This document shows, in pieces, positions 24,883-36,500 of a stretch of DNA of 49,494 nucleotides; within the stretch, counting starts at the first letter, position 1, and each line of letters starts with the position of its first letter. The stretch lies in NCBI GenBank assembly GCA_000934665.2, contig KZ538756.1, positions 1 through 49,494 on the forward strand. The letters are read 5' to 3'. The notes beneath the pieces are model-generated. The model ran no database searches, had not been told where the DNA came from, and saw only the letters and a list, made by a program, of their open reading frames with translations. This DNA is from Catajapyx aquilonaris. Taxonomy: Eukaryota. Made by a program: the position numbers and the translations under genes.

Positions 24883-26210
24883 TTGAATAAGCCTTCTTAG
24901 ATTTGGCCATGACGTCGTTACATGTATATAATTATGCCTATGGTCTGATTATGCTGTACTAGTAGGTTCGGTTGCAGTGTCGCTGATCTTTCTTGCAAAA
25001 ATAGAACCTGCTGCATTCCGATGCATCCTGCGACCCTCGCCTTTAAAATAAGAAAAACCAACATGTTTCCACACAGGCGCAGGCAAAACTCCTGCTCATA
25101 TATGCGGTAAAGTGTTTCCTAGAATATACAGTAGGCTACCTCGGAATGGACGCGTCTATCGATCATTATATTCACAAAACAACGTTTAGATAGGAGGGAG
25201 GCGGAATGGAAAACTACCGTATCCTACAAACAAAGGATGTGTGGGGTATATTTTGGTGTGGGAAAGGTGCACACCTGCTCTTGTCCACACAATCATATAG
25301 GCTCATTGCAATTTTCTAAGACGAAGTTTCTCGAGTTGATTTTGACGATTTTTTATTCCACGACGGAGATAATGGACATTCCAATAATTGTCCCAACGTC
25401 ATCCATGTGCATGTTAGTCCCCTGTCACACGTGAAACAAATCTCCCGTGACAACTAATCACGGTGACCAGTACACCATAGTAAGTTACATAGGTTACGAT
25501 GCGTGTTCGAGTCCGTTATCTATGGTGTCCATCTTTCTCACTATACTACCTGCAACAGATCTTCTGAAATTATAACTTGGCCTACTTTGGTGGTTGTTGA
25601 TTGTTATAACATCATGTATTGAATGTTCATGAGCATTTATAAATGGGCGGCGTCATGATAATGGATATGCCGTCGTAATGGGGCAGAAGCCGATGCCGGT
25701 AGAGAATAGAATATAGTGAAGGTGGCCAGCAGGAGAGAGGAAGAGAGATCCGCAATCCCACACGCTCATACTGGCCAACTCACCACTGCGATGACTCAAC
25801 CCCAATGCCGTAATTACAAAATAGATATCCGAGGAAATGACGAGTTACCTGGTGCTGTGTAACAGCCCCCTTTCGTGAAAGGGGATGTCCATACTGCTGC
25901 CCTTGAAAACATCTTCTGATGTAAGGCACAACCAGCATGGCTCCTCAATCACTCCCAAAAAATTCCTCCGACTTCTTTTTTGCTTCCGAATGAGCCTTGA
26001 TATTCTACTGGAGAGAGGAAGTGCCCTGGTCGCCGTGCAACCATTCCAGCAGATGCTATGAGACATAAACAACCCGTGCAATTCAATCAGGGTGGACATG
26101 GCTTGTGATGTCCCGCACTCCTGTTTGATATGTTAGGGTGCGTTGGAACGGCTGTCCCTGAGTCGTCAGGATGATTGGTTGTGCGTGGGACTCCAGCGCA
26201 TTCGGTCGAT

Positions 26211-26246
26211 CTCTCTCTCTCTCTCTCGAACACTGTTTCCCTTTTT

Positions 26247-26284
<38 letters not shown>
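26211..26284. repeat. Compound microsatellite: (CT)n then about 12 copies of (GTT)
   Basis: CTCTCTCTCTCTCTCTC at 26211-26227 and a TTG/GTT triplet run at about 26247-26284. Explains the poly-T/N/C/L tracts in the ORFs here. Confidence 0.95.
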
Positions 26285-29200
26285 GGGGAGGGAAGGGAGG
26301 GGAGGGGAGTGGGGGCGGGAAATGTTTTGGAATGTTGATGAGATGAGTCGATCCAAGATGGCGGGGGATACCAGGATTGGGTCAGTGCGTGTATGCAGTT
26401 GTCCAGTGAGTTCATCCGACTGTCCGGGGATTGTAGGGGATGTGGGACATGCTGCAGGTTGAGGTGGAGGTCAGTCGGTGCGGTGGTATGGGCTGAGGGG
26501 CATTGTTGTTGTCGTGTCAAAGGGAAACGGGGGGGATCGATATATTGCCCAGGCCGCATGCTGTCATGGGGAGCCCAATATATCGACTGCTTTTATTGCC
26601 GGGTTATCTTGTCTCTGCACATGATTTTTTACGTAATGCCAGCCCGCCCCTTTATGTAATATGGATTGAACATTTGGATCACAATGAGCGGTACTGTACG
26701 CGGTGGGAGGTAGTACGGCGTTTTGCATTCACTGGATCCCACAGGGAAGGAAGGAAGGAAGGATAGGCAGTCAGCTGGCTGATTTTGAGGTCAAGGTTGT
26801 GGTTGTTGTGCAAGTAAATCAATGGGGTGGAAGCCAGCAGCTGGCGGGTGCAGGGTGTCGGATCCAGCAGAGGGGACGATTCCAGTGGGAGGAGGGACAC
26901 ACCAGGGAGGGATGGGTGGGGAGGAAGGGAAACGGGAACATCAGCTGATGGGGAAGGTGACTCGGGAGGATTGTCAAGGATGGTGGGTGCCACCATTCCT
27001 CCCTTGCTCGGATTTCTAGGGGTGGGCATTTTTAGAGGGTTCATCTCAGCAGCCAATATGCCATTTTCAATAATAATAACAACAATAATAATTAATAGCA
27101 GAACATACAGTACACAGCAAGATGTAAATGTGCTGAACCAGTCAGTAGTTTTCATGTTAGTGTTGATAACACGCAGTAAGACTCATTCCACATTGTGACA
27201 TACACCATTGTCACATGTATGAAGTTGTTAGGTAATGGTATGTGTGATAATGCTGTGTTGAACATCGCAACATACCCAGAACTATTGTTTGCCAATTAGT
27301 GTTGGAACTAGTACACTGATACATGTGTCTAGAGAATCGATATTAATCATTGCCCAAGCATTACCTGCGTTGGAAGGATGAGTGTAATATTCGTACATTT
27401 TTGAAGGCTTTACATGTGGTACAAAACAAAGTTCCATAGAGTGAGGAGGCCAGATAATAATTCCACCTGGGACTAGTTGGAGTTCCAGAAGAGGAAGCCT
27501 GGATTTGTGATTGCATTAATATCTTTATTAGCTTTCCATTGGTCAAACATGTTAATAGCCATTGCTGTAGATTAAGTTAATATTCAAAAATATTCATATT
27601 GGAACCCAGGCATTCAGATTATTGTCTGAAAATTCATGAATGTGTACTGAATGTGCTTCAAGTGCTGATGGGAATACCATAAATTACTCTATGCAATTAT
27701 TTTCATTAATTCACTACATTGTTACGATTTTAATTTGCGCATGAGCCCAAACATTGTATTTAAACTGTTTCATTTGTTGAAGCTATCCATCATGTTAACG
27801 TAAATATTGTTTTCTGATGCATGTGGGCTGCAGCCTGCAGGGCAGGGCTATAGCAAAATATGCTAATATTAGATCTGGCTGAATTACCCAGCTATAGAGT
27901 TAATTAACCACTCTAGGAAGCATGCATTGATTATAAGCAGCTGTGCAAGTGGTTACATGATTTCTTACATCATTCATTGATAGCAATTGTAGTAATGAGT
28001 AGGGCAATTACTAGTGGAGATTAAAATATTTTCAAGGTGCAGTATTAAATGGAGCTTGTGATCACCATATTAGGAGGTCATACGTAGTGTGCAAAGGTAA
28101 AGAGCCTGTTGTGCCATTTGTCCTTGGCAAAGACTAAGGAAACAGTCTCTAGGCAGGCATAGCATGCAATTTATGTCAAGTTGGTGGTGTATGTTAGCGT
28201 TTTCTGCAGGCTGCACTACCTTGATATCACTGTCTTTTATGTTATGAGCAACAATTGACTATTGAACAAAGGAACTGGGTAATCATCCTGCCTGAGTCAC
28301 ATCTGAAAGATAATTTCTGTTGAAGTTGAACAAGTTCAAATGTTAGGGTAAGACAGTACATTATTCACTATTGAATTCAATGAATTGTATCATGAGATAT
28401 GTCAGCATGCTTCTCCAATTAAAAAAAAAAAGATTGGTGCTCCAAATTGTGTAATACCTCGGTGACTAGGAGTTGTCAAATATTTGTTGCCTGTTACTAA
28501 ATTGATGAAACTCTTGTTAATAACTAGTACCTACAGAAACTTTAAATACAACTTATAAAACTATGATAATGTACAAGTGAGTAGAAGCCAATCGACCACT
28601 GCAACAGTTACAATACCTATCAAATGTTACAAAGTGGTTGTAAAGAATAGCAAATATTATGTTATTACAGTTTCAAACAATAGCTGTTGATAAGTGTTTT
28701 TTGCTTTTTGGACCTTGCTGGAGATATTGTGCATTGTGGCCTTGCACAAAATTCTGTATCTGTTGGAAATTTGATGCCTCATTGTTCATTGAAAATGCTA
28801 ACTAGATTGTGATGTTACAGTCAACCAGCATGATACAATGGTGTTGTTAATAATTACGATGAGGAGGAGGAGGATTACAATTTTTGGCACTTTATTTTGG
28901 CATTGTCGAGAACCCAGAAGTGCCTGAAATAGTTTTTGGGGGAGTTGCCTACCATTGCGTTGGCATAACTCTTCCGAGGAGAGAAGGTGGGAAAAGCTCT
29001 TTGCTTCCGGCTTCCACTTCCTCCATGAGCAACCAACAGTGGTCTTGCACAGCAGTGCTGCCAACTTCAAAGACAGTGTGGAAAAGGGAATGAGAGCAAG
29101 GAATTTAACTGGCTGAAAGTAAAGGGGGTGGTGAGTTACTAATATAATATATATATTTTTTGCAAGGACCCTTCTTTTCTATTATCCCCAGGGTCTATTT

Positions 29201-30157
29201 GATCTGTGCTCATTTAAAGTGAAAATTCACTTGGAAAGGTATGGATAATCTGATAAAATAACCAATCATTAGAATAGATATGGGCATATTCTTTGCTCAT
29301 GTACCCTGCGGTTATCAACTGTGATTGACATTATCAGTGGGAAGGGGATTTTTGGCCCTGGTCATTACCCATGCATGAACCAAAATAGCTAGCTTACATT
29401 ATGTGTGTGGGTTGAGTGCAAGTGATGGGAAGAGAAAAGAACATATTTCCTTGCAATACTGTCTCATAATAATGGCGATTTACATGGAGAGAGTGAGGCC
29501 ACCAATTAGTGGGAGGAAGTGGAGGAAGTGAAAGTGTGAAGCTTAGTTTCCTGTTCCCAAGGCCTAAAGAGCTAGCCTTGGAGGATCCAAGGATAGATGG
29601 GAAATTGTCATCCAGCAGCGAATAATTACTTTTGCTTATTGCCTGACACCAACTGGCACCTGACATGGGTAGCCTGATTGATTACCTTTCTTCTCCTACA
29701 TACTTGAAGTTTATATCAAGCCGGAAGTCAGACCATACTAACAGTATTTTCCAGGTTGTGTCAACAAAGAGGGGTGTTTAGTGTCATAAAGTGACATCTG
29801 CCACTGGAATCACACCAGAGACTTGTCACTGGGATTATGCTCAAGGAATAGGGGTCTGATCATATTGGGATAACTCCCACTGGTAAATAGGTTATGTAAT
29901 TCTGAGCCAGAAGGGCTTTAAGCTGCCTATTATGCAGATACTATTAACCTATTATTCTTAGAGGTCAATGTGACACATTTAAAATCAATGCCATTGCCAA
30001 TGCCATATTTTCAGCTGCGGCACCATGTGACAATGAAGGCTGTTAATGACATTTGGATGTCATATCACTTGTGACAGATGTATTTCCGCATTTCATCTAG
30101 CTGCACAAACAAGCTTAAAAGAAGGAAATTTTGTCTACAGATTGTTTCTATAGGTGG

Positions 30158-30201
30158 CAATATGAGCAGTCAATGAATTAATAAATTGACTGCTCATATT
30201 G
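30158..30201. repeat. Perfect 17-bp inverted repeat with 10-nt loop
   Basis: CAATATGAGCAGTCAAT (30158-30174) / ATTGACTGCTCATATTG (30185-30201). Confidence 0.9.
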
Positions 30202-30599
30202 ATCCCACTGCATGTCCGAATTACACAAGGAGAATTCCAGCATGCAATCTTGTTGCAATAATGTGTTGATTGTTATGTTGAAATGAATTGCCTTTTCTAC
30301 AGCTTATGCAATGCAGAAGCTATAAGGGATTACTCTAGTTCATGACATTGGGTAAGGCCAGTCAGTGCACACACATGTGCATTGTCAAACACACACACGT
30401 GCAAGACCTCCTGTTTTCAGTACAATTTTTTTTAAGGTTGAATGATAAGATAAATAGGGTTTGACAGGTGATAGTAAGTGATTGAAGTAGATGTTTCAAA
30501 GTACCTCTGTCCTGTATAATCCACAGATTTGTCGAAGGATGGGCTAGATAGAAGAAGTGGAAGAAGGACGGACGGTGGCAGAAGTGGTGTGTGTGGAGG

Positions 30600-33500
30600 A
30601 TGGCCAGTGCTGCTGCCAGCTGCTGGCATGGAGAGGAGGACGATACAGATGAAGGGAACATGGTTAATAGGACAAGGGGCGGATGCCCAGGAGGGGGAGT
30701 GGAGATGCCATCAGTGTACACCAGAAGTGGATTGTACTCTCCAGTGCCTCCCAGTGAGCAGTCAGAGCTCACTGAGACCACTGTGGACTCAACAGTGGAC
30801 TCAACTGTGGATTCCACTGTTGACTCCACTTGTGAACTTGTCACCACACCTGCAGTTCAGCCCAGGTATGGACATGCAATTGTGACATCTTATTATATTT
30901 TAATTAGCATATAATATTATTTATTAAGTATTTCTTCAGCATTACACGACAATAATTAAAACCGTGTGAGGATATTGCCAGTTGATGCCTAGTGTGCCAT
31001 TATAGGCAAAAGCAGTCTTTATCTCTGTAATGGAACCGTCCAAGGACAATATGTTTGGGAAGGACTAAAAGAAGATCTACCGACACGTTGCTGATATTAG
31101 AAGTTGCTTTAAAGCTTCATTATTGACACTCCTCATGTGTTACACTAATGTAAAGCCAAGCAAAGCAGGTCTCAGTTAAAAATTCAGTAGTAATGTATGA
31201 AAATGAAGATGACCTAATGAATGACTTTTCTTGAACTCCTGAAGGCTTTATTATAGAGGCATGATTTTTGTTGCATATGCAATGTATTTTTAGAGGTATG
31301 ATTCTTGAATATGCAAGTGGATGAGAATCATCTTGTGGTGCCATTATGTTGATCTTCTACAACTGCAGTCTATGAGATTCACCTGAAATAATTGTCTGAA
31401 TGGATCTAGTGACTTCTTTGTTTTCATTGATATGCTTGACATGTTTGGCAACATAACAAGCATAATCTGGCTGACAAAAAGGTGTTGACCATTTAATTCT
31501 TATCAGTAATTATTAATGACTGCCTAAGATTCTGGGTGTAACCAAACACTTTTTTTTTGACCTTTGTTCTGTCAGAGATGGACATGATTATGATTGATCA
31601 AGCTTATGGGTGGAGCAGCAGTGGCAACCTCAAAAAGCCCCTCTCTACAGGGGCAGGAAGGGCAGAAATTAATTTTTGGTTCCCTTTTCCGGGTGTCAGA
31701 TTGGAGCATCCACCCTGCACTTCCCACTCAGGGACCTGTGAGTTGCCTATGGAAAGGGACTGCGGGATCCTCACATGCCGTCCAAGCTTCCTTCAAACCT
31801 TTGCCAATATTAAGGTGAGTATAGAGTTCAGGGTGTCCCTCTGACGTGTGTGGTGAAAGTATCAAGGGTCGAAGTTCTGCTCTTGCAGATACGGTATCTC
31901 TTTTAGTGCCATGGTCATCATTATAGTTTTGCTGGAGAGGTCAGTATCAGTTAATACATACTTGAGCTGTATCACGATTTCAAAGGTGTGATCAGAACAT
32001 TGTTTGTCATTGTGAAGTGTGTATTGACTGGTGGCTGATACATGTTAATTTATAAATATTATTTGAAATATCTTCTCAAGTTGAAATTGAAATTAAATTT
32101 TATAATATAGGTTTTTCTTCCCCCTTATAAAGTGTGAAAGATGTTCTACTTAGGGCATTCTGGTAGATTATGGGGTCAGGATGTGTCCAACACTGTCAGC
32201 TGTTTGAGCCCAATATTCTATAGAACCAGTCTCATCTGAAAGAAAATATTTGGCACTAGAAACTTTCCCATGAACTAGAGTCAAATGGGCCTTAATTTGT
32301 GGTTACGAGCAATTTAAGTTTCACCCTGGTGCCTTTCAGCATAGCAAGAGTCCATATGTAAACAAACAGTCTGTTGGCCATGCAGGATAGGCACTAGGCA
32401 GCCTGCCCAGAAAAGTAAGGCTGACTGCCAGCTGCTGCAGGAATACTGAAATTCCTTTTTTGCTTTTTTCTCTTGTTATTCCTGCTCTGCCTTGTCATTT
32501 ACTGCAATGTTGTGCAATATTATGTCAATCTGTCAAATCCATTTTTCCAAGTTTGCCCTAGTTTTACAAATTGTAAAATAATGATAGATCTTCAAAGTTG
32601 TGTACAGCCACCAACAAAAAAATTAGGATGGACTAGGTCAGCAGCTTCATTGATGCCAAAGTCCAACTGCATCATTTTGCTGATAACTTTACAGTCAGAA
32701 AGAATTATAGTAACCCTGGAAAAAATGCAGGACAATTCTTAAATAATGTCTTAAATAATTTAGAGTTTTTTTTTTTTGTTACCCCATGATAGAACTCATG
32801 GCCCTCTAGGGGGGAAGGGGAAGTTCCCAAGGGAGGGCACTGTGCGATAGCCATTTCTGACTTTCTGAAATACACCAGATCTTTTCTCCGAGAAGGGAGT
32901 GCAATTCTGCTCCGGCATGTCGGGTGAAAAGCGGAAAAAGACCCTGCCAAGCAGAGGTGATGGGGACAGGATTTGAACCTCGGCCTCCCGCTTGGCTGGC
33001 CAGCGGCGTAACCGCTAGACCACCACGCCGCCCCGATGTGCCTGTTTATTGTATCAGTATTCCCCGCCAGGTGGACCTGTTTTAAGAAAATCAGGATTGG
33101 ACTGATGGCGCCATTCTCTTTTATGTAAACATAGGTTGTAGCTACCTTGTTTATTGCACCTGGTCTCCACTGGGCCCAACACCACCACACATGCGTCCTC
33201 CTTCCATCAACAACCCCACTGCCGTCTAATGCGAAACCCTTATTTCCTAAACACACGTCTTGATGGATTTATTTTGTTGCCATTGATATTGGCTTCTTGC
33301 CTCATTTTAATGATTTTGATTTGTTTCAGATATTTGTCCTGCTCCTATCACTCCTTGTGACTCTACAACAAGCACTAGCCTCAGGATACCTCAACAGTGT
33401 AATCACCACCATTGAAAAGAGGTTTGAGATTCCCTCCAGCCTTTCGGGTCTTGTGGCTTCCACCTATGAGATAGGGAATGTCATCACAGTCATATTTGTC

Positions 33501-36500
33501 AGTTACTTGGGCAGCAGGAGGCACATTCCTGTTTGGATTGGAGTTGGTGGGTTTGCATTTTATTTTGTCTTGTTGAGCTCATCGATTTAATTTACTTTTC
33601 CCTCCTGTTCAGGTGCATTCATCACTGGAATTGGTTCCATGGTGTTTAGCGTGCCTCACTTTACCTCTGAGAGCTATACCATTGAGTTGGACATATCCCA
33701 GAATAACAGCGAGAGTAACATTTGCAGATCAACAGTGAGAGATCCAGCCACAGAGAACCTCAATCTGGGGTTGGGTAGGTTGACCTCAGGTAAGTTGAAA
33801 GTCCTCCATGCAGGGATCCAACTTGCCCTCTTATCCATGCCTCCTCTGTACAAAATGCTTGACTTTCTGCCCTATGGGAAGGACTGTGACTTGGAGCCCT
33901 GCCAAGAAGGACATTGATTGTATTTCCTCTACTAAAAAGAATTGTTTAAAAAACTTTCAGGCCTATCATCTCCTTCACTATCTCACCATAATGGATTGCA
34001 TCCCAGGGAAGGGGGAAACTGTATCGAGGGACCCCCATCGAACACCTTGCCCATTCTGCTCTTCATGCTGGGGCAGCTACTCCTGGGGTGTGGGGGATCA
34101 CCCCTTTTCACTCTTGGGACTACCTACATTGATGACCATGTTACGCGTGAAAATGCTTCCATGTATATGGGTATGTGTCTATAATTTTCCACCTTTCCAT
34201 TTTTTTAAAAACATGAAGCATAATGAAAAAAAGTTGGAATTATGTTACTGTGTGCTTGCAAGTTTGACAGTTATGTAGTTCATGTTATTTTCAGTAATGA
34301 GATTAAGGATCTGTGTTTATGTCAAGGGTTAGCGATTCAAGTTTTGAGGCCAGTGACACACACCAAACATTGCTTAATGAAAGGTTAGCTCAGGTAAAGA
34401 TTATGCAGGTCTTGAGAAGGGTAGTCTGGATTAAGCCATTTATTATTCAGACTTGCATCCAATTTTAAACGAATCACATTTAACTAAATTGTACAACTTC
34501 ACAGTAGTAAGTGCCAATTTACTTTCACAGGTTTCATGTACAGCATGGCAGCCTTTGGCCCAGTTTGTGGGTTCCTCCTTGGTGCCTATCTTCTCTCCTT
34601 CTATGTGGACCTCTTTTCATACACACACCAGGAGCTCAATCTGAGTGAGTTGTTATAGTCGCAAATTAGTCCCTACACTTGTGACGAAACTTGACACTCC
34701 CCCTCCCCTCTCTTTCCAGTTTCTTCCGCAGATCCAAGTGACGCGAGGTGGATTGGAATGTGGTGGGGAGGATTCCTCGTATGTGGCCTTCTCATGGTGA
34801 TAATGTCCATTCCATTCTTTGCCTTCCCCAAGACTCTCAGGGTGAGCCTTACCAAAGACTCTTTTGGAGTGAGAAGGAAAAGTTACACGCAAAGTTTCTG
34901 TGAACCAGATTTTTTTTCCCAGAGGGATCGAGACAAAGTGCTGTTCAACGAAAAGACCAAAGATTTTGAGAAGGGGTGCAAGAAGCCAAAGGCCCCCCAG
35001 CATGAGGGTAAAACGCACAGTAGAACACATAGCAGAGAGAATGCATATGGCAAGGACATCAAAGGTTAGTGTCGTTGTGGTGTCGGTGGTGTGTGGTGCC
35101 ATTGCTTTCTGTGCCTTCTGTGGACTTTCTTTCTCCTTTCCTTTTTCATGTGTGTACTCCCATTCAGTTATCATTAACTTTCACATTAGAAGATTCAGAT
35201 GCTGGAATGCTTCATTTGTTAGCTTTTAGGAATGGTAATTGTTAGTAGTGAGTTGAATGTGCAGGAAAAGCAGACGTCAATGCAGTTTTCAGAGAGAGAA
35301 AATATTTGTAAACAGATTTTTGTGGATTACAAGTTTTTGAAGTAAGTTATTTTGGAAATGACAATTTTTATTTATTCACATAAGAGGATGGAAATAAGGA
35401 AAATTGAGAGAGACAATACTTTTTAAGTGGGAATTATTGTCAGTAACGGAAAACTTGCAATTTTTGAACAATCACTGCTTTTTTCTGTAGCTGAAATACT
35501 CATTACCTTATGCAATGGGACAATTGAACACCTTAAATACATATTTGTGAGGGTGTAAAATAAGACCCCAGGTTCAAGGAGATGATTATTTTGGTTTAGT
35601 CCTGATACATTTGGAAGTAAGAAATTTTTTCGTAAGGCCTGTTTCCACCAGCAGAATTTTCGAGCACAAAAACAACATTTGATGAAAAGCACAAAAACGG
35701 AGCACAAAATCAAACACAATTTGGAATGATTCCAAAGTACAAAATTTTGAACTTTTCGCAAATAGTGCCCGGCACAAAATGGAAATCCAAGATGGCCAAT
35801 CGTGCAAGGCTACGAGACGGTGGAGATATTGGAATTATTTTGCAATAATTTAAGCACAATTGACAGTTAAATTAAGGTAAACAATTTTCTGACAGGGGTT
35901 AAGTTTAAATAAAATACATTCGGACCTTTGGGTGTTTTTCTCAAGTTTTTGTGATAAGAACAAAAATTGTCCTGGTTGGAACAGGTGCTTAAATTTGCGC
36001 TGCACAAAATCGTCAAGGAACAAAAATTGTTCTGGCTTGCATTTTGTCCAGAACAAAAATAGTTCTGGTGGAAACAGGCCTTTACAGTGTAATTTTGTGT
36101 CTGTTAAAATATAAGCAGAGGCTACATCGTGGTCTGTTTTAAACACATTAGCTTATGTACTCTACAGTTATTTTCAAGTTATTTTTGTGAAAGTTCCAGC
36201 AAAAACGCCTTGGAGTTTTACCCAATGTTGACCTAAGATTTCCTGTTTGACATGAAGGTTAACCTTCTAAACATGAATTTACCCCAAATGTACAGTAGCT
36301 CAGTCATTTTAATGTTGTCACAAGTATTGGGAAAACATGTAAATATTATTACTTGGTGGATTCAATTTTGTGAATCCTGATGTCTGAAAATACAGTGAAA
36401 CCTGCTGATAGCAGAATGGCTCTGTTCTAGGAAAATTTTACATAATATACAAGCATCTGCTATATTGAATAGTACTAAACAATAAAAATAATTGTGTTAG

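Noticed and set aside
25640..26099. Minus-strand ORF ending at a CAG|GTAACT donor
   Set aside because: No recognisable protein and no convincing partner exon.
26083..26559. Several long overlapping ORFs with poly-T/N/C/L tracts
   Set aside because: Produced by the (GTT)n microsatellite and local GC richness; no recognisable domain.
32960..33034. tRNA gene
   Set aside because: A and B boxes are present but there is no clean acceptor stem, and it continues into a body and poly(A) tail, so it is a SINE head. The same applies to 45845-45920.
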